Source of the DNA: Alloascoidea hylecoeti
Taxonomy: Eukaryota
NCBI GenBank assembly: GCA_001600815.1
Contig: BCKZ01000005.1
Span: forward strand, 850,875-914,874
Direction: 5' to 3'
Length of the DNA stretch: 64,000 nt
Shown: in pieces, positions 1-12,608 of the stretch
Position numbering within the stretch: the first letter of the stretch is position 1
Layout of the letters: the number at the start of each line of letters is the position of its first letter
Translations under genes and position numbers: made by a program
The notes under the pieces: generated by a model
The model's database searches: none
The model's input: only the letters and a program-made list of their open reading frames with translations
Told to the model about the DNA's origin: nothing

Positions 1-269
1 GACGTAGCCATAGAAAAGGCAATTATGGACATTGTTATGTATCCTAATACCATTCCAACTGGACCAGCAGCGCTTAAAGACTTTCCTGAGTTTAATAGTA
101 AGCCAGTTCCAAGGGCTCCACCAACTGACATAAGGACAACATGACGAGATTTTAAGCCTCTTGATAACTTAGCTTTAATTTCATCACTGGTAGTTCCAAG
201 CGGAGTCGACGAAAGTGTGGAAGTGAGTCTCTCTTCACTCAAGAAATAGTTTTTTTCTGGGTCTGTCAT
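1..269 (-). CDS. Amino-acid permease (YAT/APC family), 5' part only, running off the window edge; tandem paralog of 1439..2767
   Basis: ATG at 269 (minus). Reads MTDPEKNYFLSEERL...KLSRGLKSRHVVLMSVGGALGTGLLLNSGKSLSAAGP, containing the YAT TM1 motif. Nt 1-~175 are almost identical to 2506-~2680. Confidence 0.88.
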   Translation of the reverse strand, partial: MTDPEKNYFLSEERLTSTLSSTPLGTTSDEIKAKLSRGLKSRHVVLMSVGGALGTGLLLNSGKSLSAAGPVGMVLGYITMSIIAFSMAT

Positions 270-1438
270 TAGAAGTGATTTTTTTTCTTATGGAGAGATA
301 AGAAATACCAAATCTATGAGTGAAAAAGTAAGATGGAAAGTGTTAGAGGTATAATTGGGTTTTATATGATAGCTACAGGGACTGAATATTCGATCTTAAT
401 ACATTTAGAGTAATTTTTCCAATTGATAATTATTAAATAACCGATTATGGCATTAATATATTATTGATAAGAATTTATTTATGAGGTTTAATTTGGAACT
501 ATAGGCCATATAAAATGATGGTTGTGTGGTCAATTTAACTGCAAACGATAATGTTTAAGATGTATATTTTGCAATCAATGAGGTACAACTTAAAAGGTAT
601 ACTTATTCCCATTGTTCAGTATGGAGATAATGCAAACTAATTTTCACCTGAGCCCATATATTGCTTTAATGCGACCTGTGCTTTCTTTACTTTTGAACTG
701 CTTTCCCTCTAAAAATGAACGATTAATGTAGGTAGATGGCTGTTACATTATCGGGAAAGTAAGTTTAAGCCTCTTGAGATTCAAATAAATGAACAAAGAA
801 AAACTTGTTAGTGGGGTATGAATTAAATCGCCAAATAACTTCATATTGGTCTACTAATTAAATTTAGATGGTTTGGTTAAATGAATTTCACCGCAGACAC
901 CAAATGCAGGTACTGATTAAAGACTGATATATTAGTATTAGGTAATAAGCCATTGTTTTTATATTTTCAATACCTGACCATTTATTTACCTTATCTTTCG
1001 CTAAATCATTTCCAAATCATCCATCAATCTTTCATATATATCGCATATAACGTAAAGGTGAGAATTATAATATGGCATAGTCCGATATGTTTGTCACTGG
1101 CCAGGATTAAAATCAGCAATTGTAAACTATGAATTCAAATCTGTGAAACTTTTTGCTCATAACCATAGTCGTGTTATAATTTTGAAGTTTAACCTGACAA
1201 TCAAAAATCCCAATTCAAATTCAAATTCTTCTAGAGATTAAACTATTTTATTCAAGTAAAAAAGCTCAGGATCGCTGATAATGTATAAATGAGAAAAGGT
1301 GTGGTAACCCCATGAATGAATATATCCATACTTTAGAGTTCGATCATTGGTTATATGAATGAGTTACTCTAGGTTTAAATCTGTAATTATCTCTAAAACA
1401 CTCGTCAAACTTTTATGTATACGTTATATGTAGATATA

Positions 1439-2767
1439 TCAAAAAAATATATTCAAAACCTTTTCCCAAGTTTTTGGTTCTACATCCTCAACATTTTTAT
1501 ATTCACTTTCTAATGCCTCTAGTCTTCCTGCATTTAGATCAATTTCCGAAATTGGAACAATATTAGTTTTTTTCCATATCTTCCAACCAATATAAAATAT
1601 AACAAAAATAATCAAAGAAATATAACAAATAAAAAAATCATTAGTACTCCATGGCATGAATGCATAAAACCCTTGTGTAAGAATAACTATTACCAAGAAA
1701 AATGCCGTAAAATAACCGAGATAGGGTTGAAAAGGAGCCNNNNNNNNNNNNNNNNNNNNNNNNNNNNNNNNNNNNNNNNNNNNNNNNNNNNNNNNNNNNN
1801 NNNNNNNNNNNNNNNNNNNNNNNNNNNNNNNNNNNNNNNNNNNNNNNNNNNNNNNNNNNNNNNNNNNNNNNNNNNNNNNNNNNNNNNNNNNNNNNNNNNN
1901 NNNNNNNNNNNNNNNNNNNNNNNNNNNNNNNNNNNNNNNNNNNNNNNNNNNNNNNNNNNNNNNNNNNNNNNNNNNNNNNNNNNNNNNNNNNNNNNNNNNN
2001 NNNNNNNNNNNNNNNNNNNNNNNNNNNNNNNNNNNNNNNNNNNNNNNNNNNNNNNNNNNNNNNNNNNNNNNNNNNNNNNNNNNNNNNNNNNNNNNNNNNN
2101 NNNNNNNNNNNNNNNNNNNNNNNNNNNNNNNNNNNNNNNNNNNNNNNNNNNNNNNNNNNNNNNNNNNNNNNNNNNNNNNNNNNNNNNNNNNNNNNNNNNN
2201 NNNNNNNNNNNNNNNNNNNNNNNNNNNNNNNNNNNNNNNNNNNNNNNNNNNNNNNNNNNNNNNNNNNNNNNNNNNNNNNNNNNNNNNNNNNNNNNNNNNN
2301 NNNNNNNNNNNNNNNNNNNNNNNNNNNNNNNNNNNNNNNNNNNNNNNNNNNNNNNNNNNNNNNNNNNNNNNNNNNNNNNNNNNNNNNNNNNNNNNNNNNN
2401 NNNNNNNNNNNNNNNNNNNNNNNNNNNNNNNNNNNNNNNNNNNNNNNNNNNNNNNNNNNNNNNNNNNNNNNNNNNNNNNNNNNNNNNNNNNNNNNNNNNN
2501 NNNNGACGTAGCCATAGAAAAGGCAATTATGGACATTGTTATGTATCCTAATACCATTCCAACTGGACCAGCAGCGCTTAAAGACTTTCCTGAGTTTAAG
2601 AATAGACCAGTTCCAAGGGCTCCACCAACTGACATAAGGACAACATGACGAGATTTTAAGCCTCTTGATAACTTAGCTTGAGTTTCACCAACTTCAAGTT
2701 GAGTCGATGAAATATCAGTAGTGAGCTTTTCTTTTTTCAAGAAAGAGCTCTTGTCCGAGTCAGTCAT
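1439..2767 (-). CDS. Amino-acid permease (YAT family, DIP5/PUT4-like); middle hidden by N-gap 1740-2505
   Basis: N-terminus RGLKSRHVVLMSVGGALGTGLF and C-terminus APFQPY...FYIGWKIWKKT...IDL are typical of yeast amino-acid permeases. Confidence 0.88.
   Translation of the reverse strand: MTDSDKSSFLKKEKLTTDISSTQLEVGETQAKLSRGLKSRHVVLMSVGGALGTGLFLNSGKSLSAAGPVGMVLGYITMSIIAFSMATXXXXXXXXXXXXXXXXXXXXXXXXXXXXXXXXXXXXXXXXXXXXXXXXXXXXXXXXXXXXXXXXXXXXXXXXXXXXXXXXXXXXXXXXXXXXXXXXXXXXXXXXXXXXXXXXXXXXXXXXXXXXXXXXXXXXXXXXXXXXXXXXXXXXXXXXXXXXXXXXXXXXXXXXXXXXXXXXXXXXXXXXXXXXXXXXXXXXXXXXXXXXXXXXXXXXXXXXXXXXXXXXXXXXXXXXXXXXXXXXXXXXXXXXXXXXXXXXAPFQPYLGYFTAFFLVIVILTQGFYAFMPWSTNDFFICYISLIIFVIFYIGWKIWKKTNIVPISEIDLNAGRLEALESEYKNVEDVEPKTWEKVLNIFF
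1740..2505. other. Assembly gap (N run)
   Basis: Run of N. Confidence 1.
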
Positions 2768-3888
2768 TTCACTTTCTTAAGAAGAGATGATTTTAAAGGA
2801 ATTGGTCTTTTAATAATATTTCGAATAAGTTCAAGGCTGTAAAATGGGAAAAAATATATAAATAAAAAAAGTTTATAAGGTTCAATTTCTGGTTTTTATA
2901 TAAATTTTAATACAGTGATTGAAATATTTGTTGCTTATATATAGCATTTGGAAATATTTGGAATTGGTAATATACAAATAACCGATTAAAACAACAATGG
3001 TACCACTGATAGGAAATTATTCTTTGAATTTTGGATATAAAGTGTCATTTGAAAAGGCATATCTATCCGTCTACTAAGTCCTAATTAGAAACGGAGATTC
3101 TCATTTTTAACGTAGAAGATGTTGTTTGAATGCGGCCCTCGCCATATTTATATAATTTGATACAACAGTTAATGCCGGCAGCCGCCGCACCACCTGTAAA
3201 ACATGCGCCGCCGACCAGAAATAAATTAACGCGAATAGCTGCTTTTTCAACTTCTCAATGTTTTCTTGTCTGATCAAAATTAATGTTCGACGAATCAAGA
3301 TGTTTAAAAATGTATAATTCGCAACAAATTAATATTAAGAGGGATTTTAACAAAGAATGGAATCAAGCTTCCGCAATATTGGGTGATTCCTCAATAATTA
3401 ATTTATATCACATGACGCATAAATGTTCAGCCACTTGATTGACTAAATATTCACCTATAATGTACCCAATAATAATATCAAGATGGCTGAACATTGATGC
3501 TTCACATGGTAGATTATTTGGCTCATTACGTGGAAGAGTATTTGGTTCAAAAGGTAACCGAATTTTCTTTTGGAATGACTCTATAATAGTACATCTGAGT
3601 TATAACTCTTTCTATTATTAGTATTTCTGTTTTTTACTGTTAATGTGTAGTGTTCCCAGAACCTCATATTTCCTGCTGCTTTGGCTGTATCTCAAGCTTC
3701 CTCTTTTTAGTTCTACGCTTAAGATTACGGAATTAAACTTTTTTTTTTACCGAATATTCAGTCCACAAAAGAAAAATCTCATCGTTTTACTGATTATGTA
3801 TCTCCACCGAAATACTTTTTTCAAATTACAACATTGAGATATTTCACGGTTATATTAATAATAAGCCAGCATGTACTTGATCCAAACC

Positions 3889-3913
3889 ATATATATATAT
3901 ATATATATATATA
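3889..3913. repeat. (TA)n microsatellite
   Basis: Direct read; similar tracts at ~7591-7614 and ~21415-21434. Confidence 0.9.
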
Positions 3914-4420
3914 CACATGTATATATCGGTATAAGTCTTGTATACATATAAGTTATACCATAATATTGTCCGAAAGACTAGCTTGAGCAAATGAATATTG
4001 CCAATGAAAGACCATCAATTGATGGCAAGTTGAAATTTACAATAAAATTGGAATATTACTAGTTTACAATGATTTATCAATGGTTATTATTTGGATAAGT
4101 TTCGATGATTGCTATTCGCCATTTGTTCAGTGTACTGTACCATATCTATTTAAGATTTTATATTTCTTGGTATTCCAATCGCCAAAATATAAAATTCTTC
4201 ATCATTTTGAGGGTTTTAGCTATAGCTATATTGGTCCAAGATGACACAGATTAATAATAGTATTAGATTATTAATTACATAATAACTATATTAAGTTTGA
4301 AGGGTTTATATATTGTAATCAAAATTAGGAATATTCATATTACAATTAAGAGCAAAAAACAAAAACTGAAATAAAAATCATTTTCAAAGTCGCAAAATTT
4401 AAAAATTCTTTCTCAAGAGG

Positions 4421-5122
4421 TCAGGCACAGCAGCAAGTGGCTGGTTGATTCTTGAATCTTGAATCGCTTACCAAATCGTATCCAAAGACCATATAACCAA
4501 AAAGTGCACCCAAAATAAGGCAAATGATAATATAACCATTGTAGTACATAGCAAGCAACATAACGAGATAGGCAGCACCGAACTGAATCGCGAACATAAA
4601 ACTAGAAACTATGTGCTTCCAGAAGGCAGGACCATTACCACTTTGAGGTTTTCGGAAGATTCCAATGCTTTTCACAATATTTCCAGATTTCGTATTATCA
4701 ATAGCTTCTTCGGAACTCCCTTCAACTGGAGATTCCCCCACAGCATCTTTGTTTATAGAACTTCGATGAATATAACGATCCCATTCACGTTGTAATCTCT
4801 TGAACCCCTCAAGTGCCATAACAAAAAATATGACACCAAAACAACTACCTATCATCATACTTTTTGAGGTAATGTGCCATTTTCTAGAAATAAAGCAAGA
4901 ATCAATTGTATACCAATTCCATAACATGGAAATTTTACAAGAATTAGAAGAAGAAGAACTCATGGACATTTTGCTTACTATTAGCTTAGGTGAATATACA
5001 TCTGAGGTAGATGTAACTTCTTCAGCTGTAGCTGTTGCTAAAGATGATGAAAGTGACGCAACAATCGATGACAGAGAGGAAACCTGAGCTGAAAGAGATG
5101 ATATTTGATCTGAGTCTGACAT
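4421..5122 (-). CDS. CTR3: High-affinity copper transporter, Ctr3-type
   Basis: CKISMLWNWYTIDSCFI signature, MxxxM (MLLAM) in TM2 followed by YYNG, and a Cys-rich C-terminus (TCCCA). Confidence 0.92.
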   Translation of the reverse strand: MSDSDQISSLSAQVSSLSSIVASLSSSLATATAEEVTSTSDVYSPKLIVSKMSMSSSSSNSCKISMLWNWYTIDSCFISRKWHITSKSMMIGSCFGVIFFVMALEGFKRLQREWDRYIHRSSINKDAVGESPVEGSSEEAIDNTKSGNIVKSIGIFRKPQSGNGPAFWKHIVSSFMFAIQFGAAYLVMLLAMYYNGYIIICLILGALFGYMVFGYDLVSDSRFKNQPATCCCA

Positions 5123-5405
5123 TTCTTTAAGTATAATACACTTATTGGATATGGGGTTGAAGAAATAAAAATAACGAAATTACGAAGGATTTTTCATCTT
5201 TAAATACTTTTCTTCAAATTAGATCATGCATACACTTTATATGCTTTTACAGGCTTAAAACTTTTGTATATTAATTTTGAAAACTAAATGTGAATAACAA
5301 GTATTAAATTAAACTCTTTAATGTCACTAGTGGTATGATAAATTCGTTCACAGACCCATAAATATTAATTTAATGGGCATGTATTTGGGTTGCTTAGTTT
5401 GGATA

Positions 5406-5413
5406 TGAGCAAA
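5406..5413 (-). promoter_or_regulatory. Putative copper-responsive element (Mac1/Cuf1 CuRE, TTTGCTCA)
   Basis: Exact TTTGCTCA on the minus strand ~285 bp upstream of the CTR3 ATG. Short motif that also occurs elsewhere. Confidence 0.45.
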
Positions 5414-5944
5414 TTTAAGCCAAGAAAGGACAGATTTATTATGTTAATGCAGGATAAAAAGAATACAACTAATTCAAACTCCCAACTTTGTAAACAGATC
5501 GGAATTCTCCTTTTGAATTTTGATTAGATGATCTAACATGTATCATCGTGTACTTGCAATTGTCACCTATATATTCATTTCATTCCTTAATTGTAAATTT
5601 TTTTAAGTTTTTTTAGTTATAAACCCAAACAAGATTAACATAATATTAGTAAAAATTAATTGTCCTAAAAATTTAAGTGTCAATAATTAACATTGTTAAT
5701 TGCCTAAACTTGTTGTGTGCTTCTTGGAGATGAGGGTTTTCCAAACCCATCAGTACTTCGGTTCCAATAATTTACTTACTCTTACACTTGCAACTTATAA
5801 TTAACACGGATACATTTTTTTTTTATTTTTTTTTATTTTTTTTTAATAATTGAAGGCGATGAGTAACTAATTAAACTAATTATAAAAGGTCTGAGTCTCC
5901 AATAAGAATAATGTGTAAAAACAAGAAACTTCATCTCCAGATTT

Positions 5945-6390
5945 AATTGAGACCATTCGAATAACTTTCAGCCCGAACAAGATTAAACTGAGGTTTTTCT
6001 TGCTCGTACTATCTAACTTTTACACAACGAACTCTTCTAAAAAAACATAAATATGGAGTATGCTCTGCATGCAAAAGACTTTTTCTGGATATGAAGAACC
6101 AAAGGAACACAATTATATGGTCTAAAGATTTCATGACGTTTGGGATGGTGTTGTATTGAATAACAAAAGTTCAGTCTGTTTCTACGCTCGGTAAAGTATG
6201 TGCTCTACGAAAGTCAGACCCCAGGACTTTAATAATGAAGTCTAGATCTTCACAATCTTATGGTATAGAACTGAAATTTGGAACGGTGCTCGTACTGTAC
6301 TGTTAAGAGCCGGTCTCTAATAATCCATGCCTCGTAGAGTGGCAGCCGTTTATGATAAGGGTGATGACAATCGATACTAAACATAAGATG
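5945..6390 (+). mobile_element. Degenerate Tc1/mariner transposase fossil
   Basis: Ends with SMPRRVAAV..., the Tc1 C-terminal motif. 6322-6344 is identical to 9053-9075. Upstream fragments resemble the Tc1 HTH/linker region. Many stops and deletions; boundaries approximate. Confidence 0.6.
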
Positions 6391-7685
6391 TCATTTCACA
6401 TGTACTATGGTAGAATATCTAGAATTCATGGAATATTATCAACTATTTTAGGAACCTCTTAAGGCCGTGTAGTAGAGTACTCAGTAACTGGATATAATCT
6501 TGCCAATTTTATGTGAAGTAAGGCTGTCTGGTATCTACATATATATATTAAACACACCTGGTATGTTTTCAATATTTATCCTAGTAAAAACTTATGATTG
6601 TTCCAATTGATTTAAAACAACTTTTTTTTAAATTTAAAATTCTCCAAGCTCTAGAAGTAGTGTATGATTATAAATAGAGAACTACACATGCCATTGAACG
6701 GTTGAGCAATTAATTAGTAAACTTATCTTAGTTAAATCAACTATTAGCTTTATAACTTGTCAAGGCTAGAATCAGACTTGTAAGTTATACAGTGTGTCAT
6801 CAGCAGTTAGGGTCAATGCTATTTCACTTTAGGAAAACAAATAATTTATATAAGATCTTACACAGAATCTTGATTGAAGGACCAATTCTCAAATATTATC
6901 AAATAAAATGGAAATCACGATCCTTAACCACCTACCTAAGTATAATTGGAGAAAATTCTGGAAGCCAGTACGATCTCCTTTTAGTGTGACAGCAGGCTCA
7001 AAGCTTGGAGCTCATGATCAAAAACTTCACGACAGTTGGAATAAGAGGTTCTATGAACTATTACTGAATCTAATATTTCCATTTCATATATCCTAAAATT
7101 TTATGTGATTTGTTTAGATGAATCTGAATCTGCGGCTTCTGTAAAATGCACATGCATATGCGTCTTCTATCGCACCACATTATAATACTTCAAATTTTAT
7201 ATCGGTGTAGGTTAACATTGAGACTATGAAACCACGGCCAATAAAGTCTTATTGCTAGGATATCGATTGTACAAAAGGATTTCCCTCATATTACCGAAAG
7301 ATTTTACATGCTGAAATTAAGCTTAAATGTAATCGCACTGGTAAATGAGATCTTGATGACCGTCACGGACTTTATAATTATAACGTTAACTAATAAAATT
7401 CTATACATATTAATGAGGAGAAATCTTATTAATTTTTTATATGATAGGATTAAACTATAAATATGATTATATATCTAGCTGCATAACTACTAACTCTATG
7501 TTATAGTTATTTCTCAGTTGATCGAAGTGTGCGATGTATCAGATTTGATATCACATTTATTTATGAAAAAGGTGAGCATTGTAATCAACAATATATATAT
7601 ATATATATATATATAAGCATAGGGTGATGATCAGTTTTTGAATGTGTATTCAATCTTAGTGCTGATATCTGAGATTGAGGAAGTC

Positions 7686-8596
7686 ATGTCGACGTCCTCC
7701 AACCATGCTTTTGTCCCTCCGATTTCTTTCGGATCAGAGGTTAATACTCTGGCTGATTATAATGATTATAATTTATCACCTAAAGCAATGAATCAAGAGT
7801 ATGTAGTAGAAACTAATAATCTATTATCTCAAAATAATTTAATCTAATTAACAATTTTCACAGGCTACATAATATTTATGGCACTTTAAGAGATGATTTG
7901 GAATTAGAATTAGAATTAATTCCCGATTTGAATATAAATAATTTTCAATTAAATGGAACAGCAAATTTAATTTTTTTACCAAACTCACCTCCACAAACAC
8001 CCCGTTATGTTCATAATGACTACTTTAAATCTATAAGCTTAAACGAGATAAATCACCATCCTTTTGTGGGAGATTATGGGATTATAAATCCTAAAACAGA
8101 AGTTAATATGAATGATGACATGACAAATGAACTAAACCTATCTCTTTCCGAAAACTTTAATCTCAATATTGATATTACTTCTTCTTTTGACTGCTTTGAA
8201 TTATCCTTTCCCCAATTACAAGAAGTAGATATAGTCCATCCGAATCTACCATATCTACCACAATCACCATTAAATAAGAAAAAGAAGTACTTTGAAAAAG
8301 CTCCTACAAAAAAGAGACTTAAAAGAATTGCTAGAACTTCTCGATCAGTCACAGGGTGCTGGACCTGTCGTTTAAGACACATAAAGTGCGATGAAGGAAA
8401 GCCATACTGTCATAACTGCTCAAGAATTGGAGTTGATTGTGATGGATATGATAAAATTAAACCTTTATTCATGGTCGATAATTTGGCTGGACACAGAAGA
8501 CGTAAAGAGATTCAACTTGGGAGAAAGAAACAACAGATGAAAAACATGCAAGTTTCACAAAATTTTCAAAGAAACATAGAAGTATTTGCTGCATAG
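7686..8596 (+). CDS. Ume6-like Zn(II)2Cys6 transcription factor (exons 7686-7798, 7864-8596)
   Basis: C-terminal GCWTCRLRHIKCDEGKPYCHNCSRIGVDC followed by YD..KP.F..D, as in Ume6. Intron GTATGT(7799)...ATTAAC...CAG(7863) joins the two ORFs in frame. Confidence 0.8.
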
Positions 8597-9009
8597 TATA
8601 TCGCGATCGCGATCGCAATCAAAGATATACACACCACTTATAGTGAGGTTTCTGGATTAGCCCAGTTATTATCAAGAGTAAACATATACGCATTGTTACC
8701 TCCACATCAGCTCAAAATATGCTATTTTTTCAGTAGGAAATATATAGAAACCATTCAAAAAAACATCGAAAAAGATAGTATTTATAGTCAAGGGTGAATA
8801 GCAATTAGTGAAGATTTATATGGTCATCTTTCATGCTTAAAAACAGTAATTTTTCAATAAAAGTAACCTATAAATATGGTAAAAGTATATAGTCGATTCG
8901 TCATTCTACTTAATTTCGTCCACCACTTCATCTAAATAATCGGTCAATCAGGGCATAAATTGGGATTATTAGTGTTTAGAATTGTTTAGAAGTGGAGAAA
9001 TATATTATT

Positions 9010-9115
9010 TACGGGGACCTCATGGATCCGGATATCATTGATAATCTGATTGAATCCATGCCTCGTAGAGTGGCAAGTGTTTAGGCCTAGGGTTACAGGC
9101 GCCTACTAAATACTG
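9010..9115 (+). mobile_element. Tc1-type transposase C-terminal fossil
   Basis: From 9022 reads MDPDIIDNLIESMPRRVASV*...TKY. Homologous to 27960-28045 (minus) and 6322-6344. Confidence 0.7.
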
Positions 9116-9806
9116 GGTGTAAAGAAAGCTTAAACTTAATCGGTGCGGTATGTGGTGCTCATCACTTGGCCAAATGTTTAGTTCAAAGGCCAAATATCTA
9201 GCTTAACACGCCTATATTAAGTAGGTTTACGGCATATAATCGCCTTCAGCTAAGAGAAATTGGTGTCAGTATACAATAAATTTCGCCGTCTAATATACTC
9301 AAGCGAAAAAGATTAGCTATTATAGTGTGTGGGTAACTCATATCACACTTAGAGTATATATGAGAACAGAATACTACTACATTATTGTTTCATCTCCACC
9401 AGTTAAGCCTTGTTAAAACACCCCCCGTCCCCGTCCCCTTAAACCAAAAACAGCATTACCGAATTATTTTGTTGTAAGATTCAATCTTATTTTTTTCATT
9501 TTCCAATAGTGGGCAATTTATCATCTTTTCACCCGAAACAATCTGGTTTTCTTGGTGTTTATTTTATACTTTTATTAGTTTCGGTTTTATTCCAATAAAT
9601 AGCAAACCGCATATAGTGGATGATAAGTTTCTATTTTTCATTATTGTGATATTCACTTTGGAATACTTTTCAGGTATCTAGGTTTGGTTTGAACCGTTTA
9701 CGTTATTAACTCAAAATCAAACAATCTATATCCCCAACTTCATAGTATTTAAATTATTAAGAATAGCAAAGTTTCAGATCTACATGCTAAATAATTATCT
9801 TTAAAG

Positions 9807-12608
9807 ATGTCTTCCAAATCGCGGATTTTCTCAAGACCAAAATCTCATTCCCCGATGCCAATTAAAGCAAGATCGCATGCCGCGGAACCGAGTATAAAGA
9901 AGTCGCGTCCTTCGATATCAAAAGTAAAACCTCAAGATGGGCATCTTCACGATACAAAAAAATCCAAAGAAAATGATAATTCAACTTATGGACCCAAACC
10001 TACCCTTAGTCCGGATAGCTCTCCTGGCTCTTATCTAAATGGAGAACCTACATGGGAAGAGTCTATGGTATGTACAAAATAAGACTTCATGTTAAGGTGT
10101 TGTTCTCATGACACTTCTAAGTATTAGTATGTAATTTCATATTAAACTAACTTATGTAATATTTAGATCGCTAATTATATGAAGAAGAGTGAACTACCCC
10201 GAATGTTAAGCCCCACACTGCCACCATTTGCAAACGATATGGTCATCGATGATATTGATGATATACCCTTAAATTTGATATCACCTGATATAACGATTAT
10301 TGAAACAACAATTTCTAGTTCAGAAGGTGAAGTTGTAGAGAAACTCAACACGAAAATAAATGGTAATGGACATAAATCAACAAAGAGATCAATTTCACAA
10401 TCAAAGAAAACGCGGCGACAGATGCCTATTTATTCCGGCAGTGAAAGTGATTCCGAACCAGTATATCAAAAATCAAAAAGCTTAAATAATAATAATAATA
10501 CGAATGGTCGAAACCCAAATGTAGTAAATTCAAAGCCAAAGCCAAAGCCAAAGTCAAAGTCAAAGTCAAAATCAAAATCAAAATCAAAATCAAGTTCAAG
10601 TCCAAGTTTAAGTCCAAATGCAAATTCAAAAAATCGTGGAGTCTCACAATTTAAAATCAATAAATTTATAAAAATTGGTAATCATGAAATAGTAACAAAA
10701 ATAAATAGTTCTGAAAAATCACTTATAATTAAATTAAAATCGGAATCATTAAAGAAATCAACAATAACACAAATAAAAAAAGAATCACCACGTATATCAC
10801 TTTTACCTCATGAAAATAATTCTGTTGGACTTGGTTTAAAGTTTTCATCTAAGCAGCAACCACGACAACTCAATAAAAAAAAGTTATTCTCAAGAGACTT
10901 CACAGATTCTGAAGACGATTCAGACAACAAGTCACCTAAAACCCAAGAAAATGGTGTTAGATCAATTCAAAATTCCCCGAAACGGTTACAAAAACCGTTG
11001 TCGAGGGAAAATATCACAAAAGTAGATTCAGAAAAGTCACCACTAAAATCAAATGAGATTCCAAGAGGAAACTTCAACCCAGAAAAGGGCCGGAATCGAG
11101 ACGGAAATAGAAATGGGGATGGAGATGGAAGACGAGAAAGAGATGTAGATAAAAATCGAAATACGGATAGTTATAGGGGAAGAGATAGGGAAATGAACAG
11201 AAACATCTTCCCCAATAGAGATCGAGACAGAGAAAGGAATAGGGGCAGAGACAGAAATCAAAACACGGAGAGAGAACGAGAACGATGTTATGAAGATCAA
11301 GATCGCCATTGGAATCGTAGTCGAAGGCGCTCTCCTAACAGACAAGCAAAACCTCAATCAAGTTCATTTACACTTAATTCAAGGTTTAATAGAAGAGTGT
11401 CCGATATTGAAACAAAATCACCAAGTTCAACATCTGAAAATAAGAATATTAAAACAATTAAATCCAGAGATGGTGAAAATATATATGCAAAAATCTCATC
11501 TCCTGCAACGTCAACTATTAATGATTCCCACACAAGTCAGAAAAAGAAATTCGATAGGAATTTTACAAGTTCTGAGTCTGATTCTGATTATGACAATAAG
11601 GCATCTCGAAAGTCAGATAAAGCATTAGATGATAGGTCATCCCGGAAACGGGTATCATCTTTTGTAAATGACAAAGAAATAACACCAACTCCAAAAAAGA
11701 TGCACCCAAGTCCGTCTAATTCTACTATCTTTGCTAATATAAAGTCGCAAAACAATGCTAGTAAAGAACTGACCCCATCCCTCTCAACTTCAAAGGTATT
11801 CCCTATCAATAATAGCGTTAGTAATAATGCCGCTACTCCAACTCTACCCTCGAAACCCGAAATTTTGGACAAGAATAGTGAAAGGGGAGTTAAAGAAAGA
11901 AACTATACTATTCTTGTATATAAAAAGACAAAGTGGGGAGAGGTTGCTAGACGCAAAAAGCATGAGTCTGATAAATATGTTAATGCCGCTAGTGATTCTG
12001 ATAGAAAGAAAGGTGGAATTATGGGGATCGATTCTCTCCTTGTTTATTTGGTCTCATTTGATTATGATGATAGGGCAAATTTTGTGATGAATAATCCTGA
12101 TGAACGAAATTGGTTAACTCTATTACCATATCTTAAATATATGATAAAGTTCCATGATGAAAATAAATGGTTCCACATTGTTGGTCTCTGTTATTATATC
12201 CAATCTGCAATTCATTTGCGCGTTGCAAACCAACTGAAACAAATCTTACCTCGTAAAGTCATCAAGGAATCACCGAAAAGAGATGGTTTGGACTCGTTTA
12301 ACCAAACGAAAACTCTCGAAAGTATAATTCAACATAGGGAACACTCACAAGCAGATTTCATGAAAGCATTAACCTATCTTGGTACAGACAAAATCCAAAG
12401 GTATTTCCCAAAAACGTTTAAAAAAAAGTGTGAGATACCACAACCTTCGAAGACTGATGGTGGCTTCAGACCATTAGACGATCTATATTATTTACCATTA
12501 CATGGATTTAGCTCCTTACAGGAAATAACCGGGTTTGGTTATACATTATTACAAGAATGGGCTAATAATAATGACATCACGTGTGATTGGGCTATCAATC
12601 AGATATGA
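9807..12608 (+). CDS. Low-complexity nuclear protein with C-terminal Ebp1/AF4-CHD-like helical domain (exons 9807-10067, 10167-12608)
   Basis: Intron GTATGT(10068)...AACTAAC...TAG(10166), phase 0 and in frame. LPRMLSPTLP motif, KS/RD repeats, and C-terminal A..KKHE.D...IDSLL.Y..SF..D...W..L pattern. Confidence 0.75.

Noticed and set aside
1673..2551. Long ORFs 1673..2551 (+) and 1690..2526 (-)
   Set aside because: Artefacts of translating through the N-gap.
10426..12087. Short overlapping or antisense ORFs with FDFDF/LILIL repeats (also 29124-29432, 33340-33648, 46978-48087)
   Set aside because: Shadow frames of low-complexity repeats in real genes.
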